From the sequence record LC819005.1: 64,000 nucleotides of DNA. The stretch is one strand, 5' to 3'. The notes beneath the pieces are model-generated. The model was not told the origin of the DNA. It worked only from the letters and a program-made list of their open reading frames with translations, and searched no databases. Of the stretch, positions 58,245 through 64,000 are shown piece by piece (the first letter of the stretch is position 1; the number at the start of each line of letters is the position of its first letter). The position numbers were made by a program, and so were the translations under genes.

Positions 58245-59474
58245 TTACAGTCCGAGCAATGCTGCCAACGAGCCCTTGACCAAACGCGGGTCAATGGTGT
58301 TGTTATTGTTCAGCGACCGTGAGCCAGCCGTGTTACCGTCCGACTTGGGCAGTTGATCGTTGTACTGACTCAACAGCGCCACAGCCGGGAAGTCGCGTTT
58401 GATCGCGTCACCCACCGTTACCTCACGATACACCGAAGCAAGCCCGTAGACGGGCTGTACGCGCACCGGAGGGGTGTTACCGCGCGATTGTTCGGTGGCC
58501 CAGTACTTCACGCCCGTCATCAACAGGTTAGAGAAGTCGTTTGAGCCACCTACCAGCGCCAACAGGTTCACCGCGGAGTTACCATCGCCGCCGCGTTGCA
58601 ACTGATCCCAGGTCGAATCCACATTCTCGAAGGAATGGAAGATGTCCTCGAAGCTGGTGAGTGTCTGACCCCGATCACCCCGATACACGAACGCCTTCGA
58701 GAAGCTTTGCGTGAATCCCGGCGAGAAGACGTTGATCAGTTTGCCCGCGTTAGACGAAGACAGCTCCCGCAACATCTTGGTGTCGCTGTTGCGTAGCGCG
58801 ATCGGCAGCACCGCTCGCGTCACCCGGCCCAGGATACCATTGTCATTCACCGTCTGAGCAATCGAGGTGAAAGCGCCCGAGATCCCCAGATCGGAAGCCG
58901 TGGTGATCACCGAACCAAGCAGACCCGAAATAGCACCGGAGTCCTTGCCGGAGAAGATCGGCGAGCCCGTGTACTTGTTGATGAAGTTGCCCAGCGCCCG
59001 GATGTCACCAATCTTGGCCGAATTGACCATCGAGGTGGTGTCCTTGACGGTACAGATCAGTGATGCCGCTTTCTTCTGCGCGTACGTCTTGAGCATCGCG
59101 CCTTGCTTGAGCTTGTCGTTCAGGCCATTGTACATGTCCCGGAACTCGCTGTTGGTGCCGAGCAAGCGGTCCGTGAGCGTCTTCGCGTCAAATGCCAGAT
59201 CGTTACCGACCTTCTTCAGGAAGTCCGCTGCATCACCCGCAGCCAACTTCACATCCAGGAGCTTTTCGTTGATGGACAGTTCCAGATCCTGGATCGAGGT
59301 GATCACCGTGTCCTGTGCGCCATCAATCGCACTGGTGATCTTGTAAATATCCGCTGCCGCGACATCGTCGCTCGCCCCGCCCGAGAAGGTGCCTTGCGCC
59401 AATGTCGGGATAGTCGGGATGTTCGGTGTCGGGAGATTCGGAATTCCAAACGAGGGAAGCGATGGGAGATCCAT
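58245..59474 (-). CDS. Probable virion structural protein (409 aa)
   Basis: Start MDLPSLPS after an A-tract; Pro-rich N-terminus; position next to the gp182-like gene. Confidence 0.65.
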   Translation of the reverse strand: MDLPSLPSFGIPNLPTPNIPTIPTLAQGTFSGGASDDVAAADIYKITSAIDGAQDTVITSIQDLELSINEKLLDVKLAAGDAADFLKKVGNDLAFDAKTLTDRLLGTNSEFRDMYNGLNDKLKQGAMLKTYAQKKAASLICTVKDTTSMVNSAKIGDIRALGNFINKYTGSPIFSGKDSGAISGLLGSVITTASDLGISGAFTSIAQTVNDNGILGRVTRAVLPIALRNSDTKMLRELSSSNAGKLINVFSPGFTQSFSKAFVYRGDRGQTLTSFEDIFHSFENVDSTWDQLQRGGDGNSAVNLLALVGGSNDFSNLLMTGVKYWATEQSRGNTPPVRVQPVYGLASVYREVTVGDAIKRDFPAVALLSQYNDQLPKSDGNTAGSRSLNNNNTIDPRLVKGSLAALLGL

Positions 59475-59578
59475 AATCAGCCTATGAAAACAAAAAAAAG
59501 AAATGCGGGAATATAAAGACCCTGCCTGCCTCCACCGCCGCGTAGGCAGGGAAGCAGGCAGGGTCTCAGGGCGGGGAG

Positions 59579-60154
59579 TTATTTCTTCAGGTAACGTTTC
59601 TCGGCATCCAACCACACCGAAGGCACCACGCCTTCCTTGAGTGCAGTACGAATGTCTTCGAACCCTTGGATAAGCCAGCCGGCGTCCTTGGGTGTTACAT
59701 GGAGACTGTTGGGGCCGAACGTGTAGTAATGATCAAACGGCAGTTCGGACTCGGTAATCAACTCCAGAATCCGCTCATGCTGAATGATCTTTTGGTAGTT
59801 CGCAGCGACGATGTCCTGTTTGAACTCCTCATACCACTTGTACCCCATCGTACGTCCCACTTGTTTCGCCCGAAAGCCGCTCAGATAACGCAGTCGGTCT
59901 TCGGTGAAGCCCGAGCGCGCCCAATACCATAAACCTTCCATAGAATAGAAAGGTCCGAAGTACGGATGCGTAAAGGGCGAGTGGGCAAAGTGAGACAGCA
60001 ACCGCCCTAGCTCGGTGCGGCCCATCGAATGGATGTTGATGTGATCCACCCCATCCTTATCAACGGAAAAGCCGGCCTCGCTCTTGATGCCTTGATGGTA
60101 CTTCGACTTTGCGTCTTTACGGTTCATGATGGTAAGTCTCTGAGTATGCGTCAT
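59579..60154 (-). CDS. NADAR-like (T4 gp30.3-like) protein
   Basis: GRLLSHFAHSPF...FYSMEGLWYW...LSGFRAKQVG parallels gp30.3 LSNFA.PF...EG...GLSG.AA..G; ATGA-coupled start. Confidence 0.55.
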   Translation of the reverse strand: MTHTQRLTIMNRKDAKSKYHQGIKSEAGFSVDKDGVDHINIHSMGRTELGRLLSHFAHSPFTHPYFGPFYSMEGLWYWARSGFTEDRLRYLSGFRAKQVGRTMGYKWYEEFKQDIVAANYQKIIQHERILELITESELPFDHYYTFGPNSLHVTPKDAGWLIQGFEDIRTALKEGVVPSVWLDAEKRYLKK

Positions 60155-60990
60155 TTGCGGGGAGCAAAGTTGATAGGCGTTTCGCACTCGGAAATGGTGC
60201 CATCTTCCCGATACGCCGTGATGTGGATCGTAAAGTTCGCGACCTGCAGAAACCTCAGCCCCTTGCAAAATACTTTCCACGTCATCTTGGAAAGACGAAA
60301 CTCCTTGTTGAGATTACCCCGCACGCTTTGACGCTTCTCCGCCGTCAGCTGTCCCTCTGTGGCGTCGATAAAAGTCGTCAGCATCTGATTCCACTGGATC
60401 TGCGAAAACCCTTTCCCATCTGTCATGCTCAGGCAGATGAGATTAAAGAGCCGCGCCAGCACACCGCTTGCACCACTGCTGTAAGTGCGATGCGCTGCAC
60501 GTCGACCCTTCGTGTCATTGCGATGGACCGCAGGCCCCATCGGCAACTCTTTCGGGAACAGCGGTTCGAACTTGCTGTTGGGCACAAAGCTCACGCTCGT
60601 GAACGAGTTGAACTCGCGCCCGTCTTTCAGTTCACCGTAGATCGACACCGTGAAGGCTTCGAACTTGAGGAACTTCAGCCCCTTTTCGATCAAGACGTTC
60701 CACGTCATTGACGGCCGACGCAGTTCCTTGTTCACATTCCCGCGAATGCTGGAGCGATCCATCGTGGTGTTGCTCTCGACCACCTTGCGGATGTAGTCGA
60801 TCATCAGTTTGTTCCACTGGATCGGAGAAATTCCACGACCCCCAGTGACGTCCAAACAGATGGTGTTGAAAAGGCGTGTAAGAACACCCTCGACACCGCC
60901 AGCGATGCGAAATCCCTGTGTTATCTGCTTTTCGCTCAACGGCATACCCGGTATGATCCGGACAGCGGTTGAACGTTGCTTCGTTTCCAT
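60151..60990 (-). CDS. Protein made of two tandem copies of a conserved phiKZ-like domain (279 aa)
   Basis: Internal repeat GVL.RLFN.ICL...W..(L/M)...RGN.NKE....MTW.V...KGL.FL. Confidence 0.78.
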   Translation of the reverse strand: METKQRSTAVRIIPGMPLSEKQITQGFRIAGGVEGVLTRLFNTICLDVTGGRGISPIQWNKLMIDYIRKVVESNTTMDRSSIRGNVNKELRRPSMTWNVLIEKGLKFLKFEAFTVSIYGELKDGREFNSFTSVSFVPNSKFEPLFPKELPMGPAVHRNDTKGRRAAHRTYSSGASGVLARLFNLICLSMTDGKGFSQIQWNQMLTTFIDATEGQLTAEKRQSVRGNLNKEFRLSKMTWKVFCKGLRFLQVANFTIHITAYREDGTISECETPINFAPRK

Positions 60991-61058
60991 AGCTCTATTC
61001 CTTTCCGGAAAAGCATGTGATTATCTGACACGGTCTACTCCCCGCGTCTAGTTAAGAG

Positions 61059-61562
61059 TCAGTGACTCGCCGCCTCCACCGCCTTACAGACGTTCTGGAT
61101 GCTGGTGAAACACTTCCCCATCAGGCGAACCGAGTAATCGATTCCCTGAGCCTTGCGCTCCTGCGCGCGAGCGATGGCTGTGAAAAGCCTGCGACACCCT
61201 TCGACGAATTTGTCAAACTCGTCAAGCGGAATGTACATGCCTTCCTCGTCGGTGAAGAACTGGTCCAGCGTGATGTCCTTCACTTCTGCGAAACAGTCCT
61301 TGGGCGCCAGCCCTTCGTCCAGTTCCAGCATGCTCGCGTAATGATTGATGCGCTCGTTAAACGACAACACATCGGTATTCACGCACTGCAGATACACGCC
61401 CGAGGCTCGCACCGGGTTAAAGGGCATGCGGTTATCGATCTTGATCGCGACCTGTTCGACGAGCGCACTCGCCTGATCCTGCTTGGACAGGTTCTCGACC
61501 TTCGCCTGTTCATCGTTGCGGCTCTTGCTTTGCATAAAGCCGCTCAAAAGTTGCCTAAGCAT
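61059..61562 (-). CDS. Hypothetical protein (167 aa)
   Basis: ORF track; protein-like composition. Confidence 0.7.
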   Translation of the reverse strand: MLRQLLSGFMQSKSRNDEQAKVENLSKQDQASALVEQVAIKIDNRMPFNPVRASGVYLQCVNTDVLSFNERINHYASMLELDEGLAPKDCFAEVKDITLDQFFTDEEGMYIPLDEFDKFVEGCRRLFTAIARAQERKAQGIDYSVRLMGKCFTSIQNVCKAVEAASH

Positions 61563-61642
61563 GGGTTAGCCTGAGAGAGTGGTGAGAGAGATTGCGCATA
61601 CCAGTGATATGCAAACGATAATCCCCATAGGTAAATTCTGAC

Positions 61643-62047
61643 TCAGTGATACTCGCCGGAGGGTGTGGGCGGTGTGATGGCTGGATTGAATGCAACGATC
61701 CCGCCGGGCATCGGCACCATGGCTTTCTCGCCATACCGCTCGACGTACTCGTCGGTATCCAGTTCTTCAAGCCGCACAATGGCACCCGCTTTTTCCAGCA
61801 TCCCCATCGCCAGGTTCACTTTGTGATTGACGAGGGTGCGCAGGTACTGGTCGCGCGCTTCGGGTGATTCGCTGTAACGCCGGTTCACCTCGATCAGTGC
61901 TTCACGGATGATGAGCTGTAGCGATTCCATGGGCATGGTGAAATGCTTCATGGCGTAGAACATCATGGAGTCGATTTGTCCGCTCGCGTCGATGGGGTAC
62001 ACGCGGACGAACTCCTCAACAATGGGAAATTGCGTATCGATTGTCAT
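61643..62047 (-). CDS. Hypothetical protein (134 aa)
   Basis: ORF track; CATATTAC at 62112-62119 upstream. Confidence 0.65.
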   Translation of the reverse strand: MTIDTQFPIVEEFVRVYPIDASGQIDSMMFYAMKHFTMPMESLQLIIREALIEVNRRYSESPEARDQYLRTLVNHKVNLAMGMLEKAGAIVRLEELDTDEYVERYGEKAMVPMPGGIVAFNPAITPPTPSGEYH

Positions 62048-62149
62048 AGGCGCATAAAAGGTATTATTTGAAGACTACACACGGGACAGTTCTGAAACTG
62101 CTCTCCTGTAGGTAATATGTGCTCAGCAGATTATACGTTCGAGGCGAAC

Positions 62150-62677
62150 ATGAGTGAGATCCAAACCGTGCCCGATACGGCACAAACGGGGCAACCTGCC
62201 CCGCTGAATGACGATGACGTCCTGGCCTATACCCGAGGTATCCGGGTCAAGATCGTGAAGACGATTACCGAGAATCAGGAAACCAAAGGCATGCCCGTGG
62301 ATAACGGACAAGCCAACCTGCTCGTGAATATGCTCAACGGTTTGGACAGCCAGGCGATGGGCAACAAGAAGCTGGCCCAGGAACAACGCAACAACGACAA
62401 CACTGCAGCAGTGGTGGCCGAGCTCTTGCGCAGTATCGACAAGAATAAGGCCTTCCAGTTGACCCCGGGTTCGAACGATGAGGTTATCGACGTCGAATCC
62501 CGGGTGGTGCCGCTCGATGCGATGCCGGTGACGTCCCTGCCGGGTGAGATGGACGTCGCCCCGCCGCAGCTGGACTACGCGACCTTTGTCCGTTCACAGG
62601 GCAAGGACGTGGATGCACTGGGCCGCAACGCCAAGCACGACGAAGCAGATGACGACGAAGACGACGGCATGCCTTAA
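62150..62677 (+). CDS. Conserved phiKZ-like hypothetical protein (175 aa), acidic tail
   Basis: SD GAGG; VLAYTRGIRVKIV motif. Confidence 0.7.
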   Translation: MSEIQTVPDTAQTGQPAPLNDDDVLAYTRGIRVKIVKTITENQETKGMPVDNGQANLLVNMLNGLDSQAMGNKKLAQEQRNNDNTAAVVAELLRSIDKNKAFQLTPGSNDEVIDVESRVVPLDAMPVTSLPGEMDVAPPQLDYATFVRSQGKDVDALGRNAKHDEADDDEDDGMP

Positions 62678-63606
62678 AGCAAGTCGTAGGCTTCACTCAG
62701 ATCCACTTGAGGCAACGGGTTTTCTCGCACAAGCTCCGCTCCAGGGTGGTGCTTGTCGAGAAACTCTTTTATGTCGCTTTCCGTCACCTCGACCCGTTTG
62801 ACCATCTCGGCCGCCGAGTGCTTGTTGATGGCTTCGTGAATAGAGAACAGTGACACCGGCATGTGTTTCAGCCGGAACAACGACGCGACAGCCTGCTCGG
62901 TCATCCTGAACGGGTTCTGCTTCTTCAGATCCAACTGGTCGATGTCGTCTTGCGTTGGCATCTGCACGAAGATCTCCGGCACCACCAATGTGACAGTGGG
63001 AATGCCGCGCAGCTCGAAGAACGTCTTGTGCTTGTCCAGCCAGTCGATCCATTCATACCGGATCATGATCTGGTAGTTCCGCACGCAGTATTCCGGCGTC
63101 AGCTCTTCAGGCGGAATCGAGACGATCTGCACCGAGGACGTTGAGTATGTGTGAAAGCGGATACAGGCGATCAGCATATCCACCAGCCCGTCGTCCGAGA
63201 AGTCGTACGGCCACACATTGACCGTGAAGCACATCTTCTCGACCTTGTGCTGGATCACTGCCTCCAACAGACTGTCCTTGATCAAACGCCGCATAAAGAA
63301 CACGACGTTGGTCAGCACCGAACGCTTGAGCGTGTCGAGGTTCCGGGCTGCGTAGGCAGCCTTGAACTCTTCCTTGCTCACCCCTTCGAATTCATCGGTG
63401 GGGCGCTTGTGGTACGTGCCTGAGTTCAGTGCGGCCACAGCCAGGTCGCTACTGATACCGCCCAGTGTACCCATGCGGGTGTCGAGGATCGCATCCAGAT
63501 CCAGATAGATGTTATCCGCATCAGCCACCCGGTCATTGGTTTCGCCAATGACGTTCGGATCACTGGCCGGTTTGAACGCGGCGGTTGTTTGCGCGGAGTT
63601 CGTCAT
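62674..63606 (-). CDS. Possible HAD-superfamily-like protein (310 aa)
   Basis: N-terminal IYLDLDAILDTR resembles HAD motif I (DxD). Confidence 0.5.
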   Translation of the reverse strand: MTNSAQTTAAFKPASDPNVIGETNDRVADADNIYLDLDAILDTRMGTLGGISSDLAVAALNSGTYHKRPTDEFEGVSKEEFKAAYAARNLDTLKRSVLTNVVFFMRRLIKDSLLEAVIQHKVEKMCFTVNVWPYDFSDDGLVDMLIACIRFHTYSTSSVQIVSIPPEELTPEYCVRNYQIMIRYEWIDWLDKHKTFFELRGIPTVTLVVPEIFVQMPTQDDIDQLDLKKQNPFRMTEQAVASLFRLKHMPVSLFSIHEAINKHSAAEMVKRVEVTESDIKEFLDKHHPGAELVRENPLPQVDLSEAYDLL

Positions 63607-64000
63607 AGCTGAAAATTCGTCCCCAGAGATTAACGAAAATGAACATGATGAGCCAGTTGTTGGCCAGCAACCACTCGGTCATCTCCTCAGCCGTGAAGCG
63701 ACGCATCGACAGTACGTCCGGCGTCAGATCCTTGTTTTCTTCCGGCTCGGGCACCAGCGACGGCGAGAGGCTTTTGTTCATGTCAATGTTGGGCATCACC
63801 GGCGCACCGGAGAGCGATGTCGCGAGGTTACCGATCATCTCGACCCAGGCTTCGTTGAACTCGCTGAACTGCGAGAAGAACTGCATCTGAATCGTGAACA
63901 AGAACTCGCGCATTGCCGGGTTCTTGAAGACGGTGTCCGAGACTTGTGCCAGACCCACGGTGGTCGCCATCGACTCCAAGGCCGTGTTGCGGATCTCGTC
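63560..64000 (-). CDS. Hypothetical protein, 5-prime truncated by the window edge
   Basis: Frame stays open to 64000 (DEIRNTALESMATT...); hydrophobic C-terminal helix. Confidence 0.6.
   Translation of the reverse strand, partial: DEIRNTALESMATTVGLAQVSDTVFKNPAMREFLFTIQMQFFSQFSEFNEAWVEMIGNLATSLSGAPVMPNIDMNKSLSPSLVPEPEENKDLTPDVLSMRRFTAEEMTEWLLANNWLIMFIFVNLWGRIFSYDELRANNRRVQTGQ

Noticed and set aside
59475-59615. N-terminal extension of the 58245 ORF given in the track
   Set aside because: It crosses a terminator-like hairpin and A-tract; the start at 59474 is more plausible.
1-64000. tRNA, rRNA, CRISPR arrays, IS elements, introns
   Set aside because: No cloverleaf, direct-repeat array, transposase or interrupted core gene was seen by eye. 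tRNAscan-SE, Infernal and CRISPR finders were not run.

Overview
A 64-kb segment of a GC-rich phiKZ-like jumbo phage (Chimalliviridae-type, probably nucleus-forming). The host may be Burkholderia/Ralstonia-like; this is inferred from codon style and a Betaproteobacteria-type lipoprotein. All family and homolog assignments are from motif recognition and recalled synteny, not database searches. Core genes recognised: split family-B DNA polymerase subunit, PhuZ tubulin, large terminase, phiKZ gp26/27/28-like virion proteins, tail sheath and tube, prohead protease, virion RNA polymerase subunits (beta-N, beta'-N with DFDGD, beta'-middle), a 2522-aa gp181-like tail transglycosylase and a gp182-like baseplate protein. 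Accessory blocks lie at about 2.3-9.7 kb, 13-17.6 kb, 31.2-38.4 kb and 59.5-64 kb. No tRNA, rRNA, CRISPR array, intron or intein was recognised. Most notable observations: (1) the virion RNAP beta' subunit is fused in frame to a ParB/Srx-like domain behind prohead-protease-type sites; (2) a ~370-nt highly structured intergenic RNA candidate with its own promoter-like and terminator-like ends; (3) an exported-protein cassette with two paralogous surface proteins; (4) a second YkuD/DUF5675-like domain in the tail lysin; (5) CrpP/Rmf-like and NADAR-like genes; (6) a repeated terminator plus TATG late-promoter cassette.
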